Below, one piece after another: positions 53,917 through 64,000 of a stretch of DNA of 64,000 bases (position 1 is its first letter; each line of letters opens with the position of its first letter). The notes beneath the pieces were generated by a model. It was not told the DNA's origin. It did no database searches and saw only the letters and a program-made list of their open reading frames with translations. This stretch comes from Tubiluchus corallicola (Eukaryota; Animalia; Priapulida): positions 38,683 through 102,682 of the forward strand of contig JAQGDQ010000747.1 in NCBI GenBank assembly GCA_030141605.1. Direction: 5' to 3'. Position numbers and translations under genes: made by a program.

Positions 53917-55905
53917 TCCCTGGTGCTGCCATCTGTCACGCGTTACACATCAGTTAAACACGTTAGCCAATAATGCAATCTTTTCAGTCCGTGGAAGCCG
54001 CAGAGAATTTTCAGTCTTGCTCACATTGATGCTGCGGCAGACTACTAATAACAGAGCTTTGAATCCAATTCCCTACAAACCTAACAAAGACAGTCAAGCA
54101 GCATGACATATGAAACTTGATACCAATAGTGTTGCTGTTGGAAAAAAACATTTGGAAGGCTCCGAAAATTTAATTTGGATCACTTCCAAATTGCAAGGTT
54201 TCAAGCTAAGCATGAGTTTTAGCTAAACTGGTGATCAGTTTTTATGCTGTTTTTCACACACTGTTTCTTCACAGATTACACAGATTTAATCATAGTAACC
54301 TGTATCGACGCTGGCTGCCATGGACAAGACAATACAACAGGGAGTTTGGAGTATTACTGCACAGTATTAGCAGTAACTGCTTTACTAGCCTAAAAAACGA
54401 GTTCAAACTGAAGACTATCAAACACTAACTTTTTGTACTTTAGATTTCTACTGTACTTGTACTGTTTCTATGTAGGTTTTAGTAAAAAATTTAGAATTTA
54501 AATTTATCATTGCCTAAATTTATCAATATATGTACTGCCTAATGCTTCCCATAAACAAAGTGTTTTAAAGTCAATAGCTAAAGATTGCCAGTATGTTGAA
54601 ACCCATGGTTTAGATGGCGTAAGTGCAACGGGTGGTTTTAATGCAATAAGTTTCATGTGGGATGTAAATACGAATGAACTAAGCGGTCTTTTAAATAATT
54701 TTATTTGGTCCAGCAATTACCCTATTACACCTACAGCGCCTTTTACGGAGACTTTTTGCTCTGTAAACGGTATAAGCATTATTGACATTGTTTTATTAAC
54801 ACATAAATTCACCTCATTTAGAACTACGCAAAATGTTGATGGAGATATAGAATTGTTTTCCGGCGCACCACTAATGGATCATCTTGTTGTAAACTCTGTT
54901 ATATCACTCCCTCGGAAATACATTAGGTCACCCAGAGCGCGAACTGTGTTTCATTTCAAAAATACTAATTGGTATGCTTGGAGCGATGTTTCGGAAGAGG
55001 AAATACGTATGCATTTTCCAAGTACGTATAAACGCAGCTGTCCTCTTGCAAAATCCTTGGGAAATTTGGAATACATTCAAGAGCCTAATAGTTCAAGCGA
55101 ATGAAAAAACGTTACTGAAAAAAGTAATCTCTTTCAAAACCGTTCTGGACGGAAAATCTAACAATGTTATCAAATGCAGTTCGCCAGTATAGAAAAGAGT
55201 ATCAGAAAACATCTAACCTCAAAAATAAAAACCTATATATCAAGGCAAAATCAATTTTTGACCAAAAACTCCAATTAGCAGTGGATAAATGGTTACAAGA
55301 AAAATGCGCTAATTAAATGTGTCGCAAGGCGGCCTTTTTTGGAAATCGTACAAAAAAATTTTTACTAACACAAACCAGTCGGATATTGCATTTTTGATTC
55401 ACAAAGAGTCTGTTCACACTGATCCAAACGACCTATGCCAAGTTCTATATGAAAGCTTTCTCCGTGGCGAACATGTACACGACGCTAATTTCGGCGATAG
55501 ATGGCGCATTTTTGTTGAACACAGTATAATGGTATTGATGACTTTTGCATGAATGATTTAAATTCAGCCATCAAAGACTCTACCATATTTGGTAAAAGCA
55601 CTGCTTGTGATGGATTTCATCCGTTAACGATAAATCATTTTGGTTTTTGGGCCAAAGCGGTGTTTTTACATGTATGCATCCTTTGTTTGACACAAGGTAT
55701 CTGGGTATGGTGTCACTCTAAAGTCATCTTTATCAAAAATGAAAATAAAGCTACTTATCCATATCTACAAATTTTAGGCCAGTAACACTATCATCTTACT
55801 TTGGAAAACTTGCATAACGGCTAATTACAAACTGTCTAATAAAATTTATGCTCACAAATGGACTTATCGACAATGAACAACAAGGATTCATGCCTGATCA
55901 CAATT

Positions 55906-57734
55906 GACGTCAAACATATTAGTCTATCGCTCCGACCCCGCTGTAACGTAAGCACGCTCAGCAGCATTTGGTACAACAGCTCGCGAAGCGCAACAACCAT
56001 CTAAGCCAAATTAAACTAAACTAAACAACATGACAGCCACAACTAATGTCTAATCAGCAGATAAACTGATTTCATAATTGACATCTTTTTCATAAACACG
56101 AATTTGCAGAGTAGCAGCTATTTTAACACGCAATTAACACTTCAAGTGGCCAAAAGTGACTTTTCAATTTAAACAGAATGTAGAGACAAAATTTCAAAAC
56201 ACTGCAACATACAGAGATATAAATATAATAAAGAAACTAAGCCAGTTAGCCTTGCTTTACAATAAATGAGCAACAAAAACATTAACCCTTTCAGTCCCAA
56301 ATTATTTTTTTAATAAGGAAAATTTTTTTGGTTCGGTACTTTTGTTCAGCATGTCCATCTTGTTTACACATAATAATTATTTTTTTCTACCTGTGCCCGC
56401 GTGCTAAATATAGCCTGTATCCCACGGGATACATTGGGATTCAATGGAAGCATAAAATGTGCTTCATTTTGCAACTGTTGCTAATTTTTTAAAGTATTTA
56501 AGACATTTAGTATGCATGTTATGCTGATCTGTACGAAGTCGTCTCTAAAGTACTGTACCTTGCGCAGTTTTTTATGCTATGTAGATTTTCTAGTTTGCCA
56601 TTTTATCACCATTTTTAGTCTATTGTTATTGGCTTAAATCAAAATAACTATTAACAGATCAAATAACTGTCATTTTTAAAATTTTATTAATTTTAAAGGC
56701 AGAAAATATTCTCGTATCCCACGGGATACAACGGGTATGAAAGGGTTAAGTCTCTCTTGCTTTTAGACATACGAGCATCAAGCCTGCTATGTATTTTTCT
56801 ATATTAAATGATCATGTGCTCGTCTGCAAAATTTATTAAGGTTTTGTATTTTTCCGTTTGTCAGGCTGTGGAAATGGGATAAATTTGACTGCTCCATTCC
56901 ATAGACGATCCTTATATTGAATGCCCGACTCACATAAGTTACAATGGTATCTTTTAACCTTGATTATAACCAGAAAAATAGCGTAAAATTAGCTAATATT
57001 ATCTTGATGTATAACAATAAGTTTTGACCACATTTGAATTAATTTTGACTGTGAAGATATCATTGAGGTTTATAAAAACTGACCAGAAAAGATGACATTT
57101 TGTTTTGTCCTTATTTAACTTAGATAAAAAATAGTAGTTTTTATTTGACTTGCAAAGCCATAAACTAAACTAAACTGCGTATTTTCTTGACCGCAAAATG
57201 TTTTAATCAGCAACTCACGAAACTAGACTATATATTTCCACTAATTCACTTGCAATTTCAATTAACAATAATAAAATCTAGAACAAGATCAATATTTCTC
57301 CCGCTAACTAATGAAAAGTTGATCATTTTTCATAACAGTGTTAACTGCCGTGAGTTTAGTGCGGATGATAGCACGCAGCGTTCTAGTGCGCAACGGCATT
57401 GTTTGTGGGTTGTTTGTAGGCACTCTGCCCTGAGGTTTGAAGATAACACACATATTCACGGCAGGTCGGGGCTAATTGATTTAATGTGCTTTTCTTGTTT
57501 ACTTGCTTCTTTGTGTTAACTGCCGAAATAAATGTTTTTGTTCATCAGTAAGTTACAAAATTTCTATTTGATCCTCGACCACCAGTGAACGCACCTCCAA
57601 GATAACCTCAGCAATAATCAAATTGTCAAACACTTACAGGAGCTGTAGCTAAATGTCCCGAACGTAACTGCTGCAGGGGTGTGTGAAAGCTGATTGGACA
57701 GTCACCAAAAATGATTGACATTATGTTAGATGTC
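55906..57734. mobile_element. Non-autonomous DNA transposon with 4-bp AATT TSD (Sola1-like) inserted in the LINE RT
   Basis: aatt|GACGTCAAACATA ... TATGTTAGATGTC|aatt (13-bp TIR, 2 mismatches). Removing it restores the in-frame RT sequence M-P-D-H-N-C-G-R-Y-L. Confidence 0.8.
56286..56745. mobile_element. piggyBac-type MITE (460 bp) nested in the AATT-TSD element
   Basis: ttaa|CCCTTTCAGTCCC ... GGGTATGAAAGGG|ttaa. The internal quasi-palindrome GTATCCCACGGGATAC occurs at 56417 and 56714. Confidence 0.88.
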
Positions 57735-60361
57735 AATTGCGGGCGGTACTTAGTGGGTTTAATTTCCAGTATACAAGAAAATCAATTACAGAAAATCCCA
57801 TCTCTGGCTATCTGTTGCGATTTTCAACGTGCGTTCGATAGCACCTGGCCTTCATTCTGCTAGTATCCAGGGAAAGATGTTAGGGTTACTCAAATATTTT
57901 CTTTATAATAGAAAAGTATATATTAAACTTGGAAGTTATACTTCATGTGAATATGACTGTAAGATTGGGGTTCCTCTGGGTTTGGTTGTCTCACCTTTAC
58001 TTTTCTTTTTCTATGAGTCGGATATGTTTAAACAAATATTGACTCTGCCGCATGGGGTTCTACAGATGCACTTGTAGTGAATTTAGGACAGTAGTGCTGT
58101 GATAGGCTTCATATCTGGTGTAGGAAATGGAGACATGTTATTAACTGCTCACCTGGTAAAACTGAAGTTTTACCTTTTGGCATGGAAAACCAAAATGTCA
58201 TTTTGAAAATTGGGAATCAAAGCATTAATTATGTGCAGAGCAGTAAGGTGCTAGGTGTTGTTATAGACAAGCAGTTGTCATTTGAGCTACAAATCAATAA
58301 CGTCAGGAAAAAAGCAGGGTAGAGATGGTTACAAGTCAAACGATATTGTACCCTCTACAAAGGTATTAGTCTCCGTACTGTAATTTTGCTCTTCAAAACA
58401 CTTGTACTACCTATAATTTTGTATGGTGCTCCAGCTTGGATGGTGTGCAAACATAGCTTCTTTGATGATCGTATATATGATGTTATGAAAACTGGAACAG
58501 GTTATAATTTTCGCCCGCCTCGTGAAAAATTAAAGCTGATCTATGGTCTGCCACCTCTCGACATAATCTTTAAAAGTGTAGCCACAAAATTTATTCTGAA
58601 AGTACTATCTGCCTCAACTGATGATATTGTCAAATTACACTTGATAAAATAGTTATGCAAATCACTTTTTACGTCAACTGCTAGCCTATACAAGCGAATT
58701 TTTAAAAATCAATAAAGATATAAACTGGCCTAACATGAATATAGCATCTTTACCTCCACCTACTTTTCAATACACGAAAAGTGACATTAACAATTATGTG
58801 TTGCACATGTGGACAAATAGTTGTCGCCACAAGTACAAACACCCGATAAAAGTTTTTAATACGGCCAGGCAAGCCGCTATCTCTTTGGACAAGAGAAAAT
58901 TAGAAGTGTTGGCTTTCAGTTTATTACTTAAGCAGGAAAATTTTAAGAAATTTTTATACAAAATTGGGCATTCTCCTAATAGAACATGTAACTGCTTATT
59001 AAGCCCTCAGTCTGTACATAATAAACCAGGCCAAAAGAAATGATTTTATTAGCACGCTGCCTACGTTAGATTCGGACTAGGTTTTCTCTAGCCGAGACAA
59101 TAATGCTATAAATGCTTTTGCAAATCTTATCTTGGATGAATTCTTATCATCTTTCGCCCATATATATATAGTCTGTTGGTGATGAAATTGTACAACTCAC
59201 GTCGTGTTTTCTGCATGCTGTTTTGTTTTTATTTATTATTATGTGTGTAATTGCATTAGAATTGGTAATTATGTAAATTATGATTGTACTCGTTGTTTTT
59301 CATTGTGTGTAATGCGTGTAGATTTTGTTATTATGTATTAAAATACGTTCGTTATCTTTTATTATGCAAGTATGTTGTGATGGATTATAATCTGTAACTA
59401 TGTCTATTGTATATGATCGTTGTCGCTCATTGTGTCTCATGCATTAGATTCTAAATTATATATGAGAATACGTTTAATACTCTGTAAATGCTTTTAGAAA
59501 TTTTGAACATATCCCTACAAATAGAGGGAATGCATTTTGCACATAGTTTATAAAAATAAATAATAATAATAAAAAGCGTACTGTAATTTCCAAACTTGTG
59601 CAACAGATTTTAAGCTTTTTTAATTTGCTCAAAAAATGATTCTGAACTGTAAACATGACTTAAATTTGTATAGACATAATCCTATATTTATCCATAACAT
59701 ATAAATTAAAACATTTATTAAAAATTTATTTTTCATTGCATTTTATTGTGTCTAGAAATAAGATGTAATGATAATTACCCACATGCTATGATATATATCA
59801 TGATACTCTTCTGGGTTCACATCATGCAGTTACAATATCATGACACAAACAAAATTCATTGCTATGCCTTTTTAAACACATTCACAAAACTAAATTATAT
59901 ACATCACATTCTATTTCTTTTCACACACTGATTCAACAGAATGAACGTTACATACAATCAAATGACTTAATGTATTATATGTTGCGTAACTATGAATACT
60001 TCTCCTACAATAATAAAATTTCGATATTTATAGATAAATAACATTATCATATTATTACTTCACTGTGAAACCATTAACTGCAGGTATTCATTCACATGTT
60101 GTGCAAATAAACAATAAGTAAGAAATGAAGCTGTCTTGCATCTTCAGACAAAGGATTTAGCCTAACAACAACGACAATTATGACTGCAATGAGCAATGAG
60201 GACAAGATAACTTTGGCAAATTTCAGTCATTTGTACAAAAATGATAATAAAAAGCATAATTAAAATAAAAACAATTGCTGTAAATTGCAAAACAAAGGTT
60301 AGCTTAAAAATAACAAGAATAAAAAAGAAGGTGACTACATATTATCCTGACACCAATGATA

Positions 60362-61369
60362 TCAAGTTCTCCAGTTTATTTCCACTTCATCAGTTCTGTA
60401 TCGTTGGGTGCACGTAGTTTCAAGGAATGGTGTTACCTGGCCAACACGGAACATTTCAAGCCCTGCTTGAGCTATCATGGCGCCATTGTCGATGCAAAAG
60501 CGCTCATCCGTTGAAAATAATATGGCATCACGTTCACGAGCCATTATCTCCATCATTTCCTGCAGACGAAGATTGCAGCCAACACCTCCTACAATCATCA
60601 CCTCTGCTGACCCACAATGTGCCATAGCTCTTTCTGTTATTTCAACCAACATTGCAAATATTGTTTCTTGTAATGAAAAACACAAGTCTTCAGCAGTGAA
60701 TTCTCCACTACTGATTAACATTTCTGCCCTGTCTTCAATATAGAACAGGAGCCCAGAAAAAGACACATCCATGCCTTTTACACAATACGGCAACGGAATA
60801 AATTTCTTGCCATTTTTAGCCTTTTGCTCTATATTATAACCAGGACTGGGGTCATTTGAAAGTTTTACTACTCGTGCAAATCTATCTAAACAATTCCCAA
60901 CCGCTATATCAATGGTTTCACCAAAAATTCTATAGCGATTTAAAGAATAAGCAATAACTTGGGTGTTGCCACCACTCACATATAATACAGTTGGGTTATG
61001 TGCTCCTGTTACAAGTCGCCCCATTTCTATGTGACCAATACAATGATTAACCCCAATAATAGGTTTTTTCCATAGCTGGGCCACAGTGCGTGCTACTAAA
61101 GCAACAGTGATCAGTGGTGCAGCCATACCAGGTCCTTTTGTATAACAGATAACATCAATTTCCTCTGGTTTTACATTAGCTTCTTCTAGTGCTTTCTTCA
61201 GCACATCTAACACACATGCCTGATGATGTTTGGCTGTATCCTTAGGCAGAAAGCCTTGTCCAGGTGGAGTAATATAAGTTCGACGTGGATTTGCTAGAAC
61301 AAGTCCATCACGAATTATGCCAATACCAAGTTTGTTGGCACTTCCCTCAAAACCAATTGCAGTTAACAT
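60362..61369 (-). CDS. OSGEP: tRNA N6-adenosine threonylcarbamoyltransferase (Kae1, KEOPS subunit); CDS without introns
   Basis: Complete 335 aa ORF with [68 protein letters not shown]. Confidence 0.98.
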   Translation of the reverse strand: MLTAIGFEGSANKLGIGIIRDGLVLANPRRTYITPPGQGFLPKDTAKHHQACVLDVLKKALEEANVKPEEIDVICYTKGPGMAAPLITVALVARTVAQLWKKPIIGVNHCIGHIEMGRLVTGAHNPTVLYVSGGNTQVIAYSLNRYRIFGETIDIAVGNCLDRFARVVKLSNDPSPGYNIEQKAKNGKKFIPLPYCVKGMDVSFSGLLFYIEDRAEMLISSGEFTAEDLCFSLQETIFAMLVEITERAMAHCGSAEVMIVGGVGCNLRLQEMMEIMARERDAILFSTDERFCIDNGAMIAQAGLEMFRVGQVTPFLETTCTQRYRTDEVEINWRT

Positions 61370-61398
61370 GACTGGTCATCTATTAGCTGTGTTTTGTA

Positions 61399-61868
61399 TT
61401 ACATCAGCATCTCTCGTTGATCTAAGAAGCGCTTTGACACCTCGATACCAGCAGCAATTACATAACCCCAGGCAAGGATAACGATGGTAGCAAAAAACTG
61501 AAAAAGTAGAAAATACAATTATAGTTACAAATCATCACTGTAATTAGTGATGTAATTTATGATAGAAATAATCCTGCCAAGCACGACGTCTTCGTGCATT
61601 GGTTCAGTGTTCCAGTAAAAATTTTATAGCAGAAAACATCTAAGAAATGATACGCATTTGGCTACCTTTAATTTTAACTAGGTCTAGCTCAAATCATTTG
61701 TAAGTCACTCATCTTGCACTCTTCTCAGATCTGTGGATTGGTTGAAACAGTGGCATTATTCAAAATTATGCTGTTACCATGACAGATGGGATAAAACAAT
61801 ATTATTAGTAAAAAGTGACTTACCAATTCTGTCAGTAAAGCAACAACTTTGCGACTATTTATATTCAT
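61399..61868 (-). CDS. Candidate spliced uORF/microprotein in the OSGEP leader (join 61868-61824, 61497-61399 = 47 aa)
   Basis: Leader exon 61940-61824 (tatttgtag| ... |gtaagt) and acceptor ttctactttttcag| before 61497 give MNINSRKVVALLTELFFATIVILAWGYVIAAGIEVSKRFLDQREMLM*. The stop is 29 nt before the OSGEP ATG. Confidence 0.4.
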
Positions 61869-63789
61869 TTTTGTACCATCTCAAAAACCAAAATCAGTCA
61901 GTGTATAACTTTTCAAAGCTTAGTCATCAATTTTTCCAGCCTACAAATAAAGATATGTTAGAATTAGACCAAAGTTTAAATAGGCTATACTGCCACTTTA
62001 CTATACCTAGCATGCTTGAATGCTATTGTGTGCTGAGTGTGCTCAAATGAAAAACAGCAATATGATAGAAAAATGCTCTTGTTGCAATCTGTTTTAACCA
62101 CAGCTAGTAAATAAATAAAGTGATTTGCTGCTGAAAAAAATCATAAAAGCATTTCATACATTACCTTCACATACATGACACAGAAACTTAATCTTTTCAA
62201 AACTAAACACCAAAGGTTAGCATTATTTCCAAATGCATTTATTTTCACCAAAAATCTCTGTGACCTTAAAAGTTATATTCTGCAGAAGCTCGTCAAAAGT
62301 TTAAACAGTAATGAGCTGCTATGCTATTTATGCAAATTTATAATAGAACATTAGTTTTGTCAAAAAAAGTTTATATTTTACTGTTTATTAATGAGTGTTA
62401 AGGACACTTTTTGAAGTTAAATGTAATCTACCAAGAATCACTGGCAAAAATATCACATTCTAAAAAAAGATGGATTATTCAGGCAAAATGTAATCATGAT
62501 GATCCCACTCAGGATTATAATAAAATTACAATAAAATTAGAATGAAATCAAGATTTTTGTATATCACAAACAAAGATAAGGAAGCAGCGCAAGTAATAGG
62601 TAACTACTAACTCAATTATGTACTCAAAAACAAAAAAAACACGATTGGAGTTCGGCATTGTTTCACCTGGCATTGAACATAAATAAAGAACTGAAGACAA
62701 GCTTTTAAAGTTATGCTACTTTGATATTAGTAACAAAAACCCATAGACTCATATTATAGTAGAATACATTACAAACTTCAACTATGTCTAGCGTCAACTG
62801 TTTACATGACAATCCAAAGGAACTAACCACAGCCGATCTCTACGACCTAATACTTCGTGAACGCAATGCTACAACTATGACTTAAGCTCCAACACCATAC
62901 TTATGATCATAATCAGTTTGATAACTGCTCTTCCACACCAACCAGTTATGTCAGAACAAGTGGAACAACTGAACAGTGTTCTAGCAATAATCCAGATCAA
63001 ACACATTTTTCGTTCTATGCCTGCAATAACACTTCTAATTGTATACCCGCTCCAGTTAGTATTTCTTCTAGCACACCTTATTGGGTTGCACCACCAAAGT
63101 ACTCAGCTGACAAATTAAGATCAGCTTTTGTTGCCTTTGATAGATTAAAAACTTTGACTTTTCTTGTCATTCGATGCCTTTACTTATGTTAGAAATAATT
63201 CTTGGTTCGGTTATGTTCTACTCTTGTTGCCATCTTACAATTTCAAAGAAATTTGAATCATTTCTTTGTGATGTGCCATCAGTAATAGTTATGCAGCCTT
63301 TCATTTCAGTAGTTCAATCATTCTGTGTATAGGTAAAGATATGCAATTAATGTTCATAGAATTTCCATAATTTTTCTACTCTGGCCTATCCTCAAGAGTA
63401 TTATTTGTCATGTCATACACCCCAATTATCATATTGATATTCAGAAAGTGCTGAAATGGAATAAGAAATTCTTTTACAGTTCTTATGATTCGCTTATTGG
63501 TCACTGAATTATACAACTTCAGTATACTTATTGTAATTTCTTGATGTTAGTGCCAAGTGGAGCATCTCCTTTTTGAAATGATGTTTCTACACTCCAAAAG
63601 GTTTGGATGTGACACAAAGAAAGGTTTTTATTGGCTATGGGCATTTGGCGAGTGGAAAATTTTTTGTTCTAGTTTAACAGACGATATGATGGCGTGTGTA
63701 GTGTTTTCTGTCTTCAGTTTATTTTTGTCAAATTTGCGATTATATGTGCATAATAAACAGTTGTTGCTTTTTCAAGTGTTCGTTCTTTC

Positions 63790-64000
63790 ACGTTTATGGA
63801 TTGTTGAAATCGGATGGTTTCCGACAGATGATGTGTCTAATCCATCTAACTCAACGCTTTTGTATGACCTCACTCCATTCCTCCTTATTTGTTAAATCAT
63901 ATAAATCCTGATTTGAAATTTTCTTTGGCCATTTTATACCCAGTATCTTTCTGTACAGACGTCTTTGGAAAGCTCTGATTTCATTCTTCTGGATAATCCA
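63790..64000 (-). mobile_element. RTE-clade LINE fragment (post-RT C-terminal region), continues beyond the window
   Basis: Minus strand reads IRAFQRRLYRKILGIKWPKKISNQDLYDLT...WSEVIQKR*VRWIRHI, the typical RTE motif, with an in-frame stop. Confidence 0.8.

Larger units (their letters stand above)
54480..59160 (+). mobile_element. Decayed APE-RT LINE (I/Nimb/Jockey-like, C-terminal Cys/His motif), interrupted by nested insertions
   Basis: APE remnants (GGFNA, IIDIVL, MDH). RT remnants (ACDG, NEQQGFMPDHN|CGRYL, DFQRAFDSTW, GVPLGLVVSPLLF, KVLGVVIDKQLSF, LFKTLVLPIILYGAPAW). Terminal CNC....QSVH. Many stops and frameshifts; boundaries approximate. Confidence 0.88.

Noticed and set aside
62900-63790. 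Coding-like tail downstream of the RTE fragment with ITDGTS and SAEY motifs, a possible RNase H
   Set aside because: Frames are broken and the motif match is too short to support without an HMM search.

Overview
AT-rich eukaryotic (animal, probably invertebrate) genomic DNA with spliceosomal introns. There is no prokaryotic operon, CRISPR array, rRNA or intact tRNA gene. Five protein-coding genes can be reconstructed by hand: NAE1/APPBP1 (+, 3 exons, 534 aa); a small secreted protein with a truncated LDLa-like module and an RRK site (+, 3 coding exons, 116 aa, not visible as one ORF); a class A melatonin-receptor-like GPCR (+, 6 exons, 344 aa); CFAP65/CCDC108 (-, 2 very large coding exons, 1684 aa); and OSGEP/Kae1 (-, single coding exon, 335 aa), which has a candidate spliced transmembrane uORF in its leader. 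The rest is repeat-rich. It includes a near full-length L2-group LINE inside a (GA)n tract, a three-level nest (LINE > AATT-TSD DNA element > piggyBac-type MITE), a Kolobok-like element, hairpin MITEs, CR1/RTE fragments, a tandem array of tRNA-like units, and mini/microsatellites. The most notable points are the near-absence of introns in three conserved genes, 2 of 10 coding introns needing GC donors, the prohormone-like gene next to an orphan GPCR, and the OSGEP uORF. All calls come from manual reading with no database searches, and nothing here is a proven new system.
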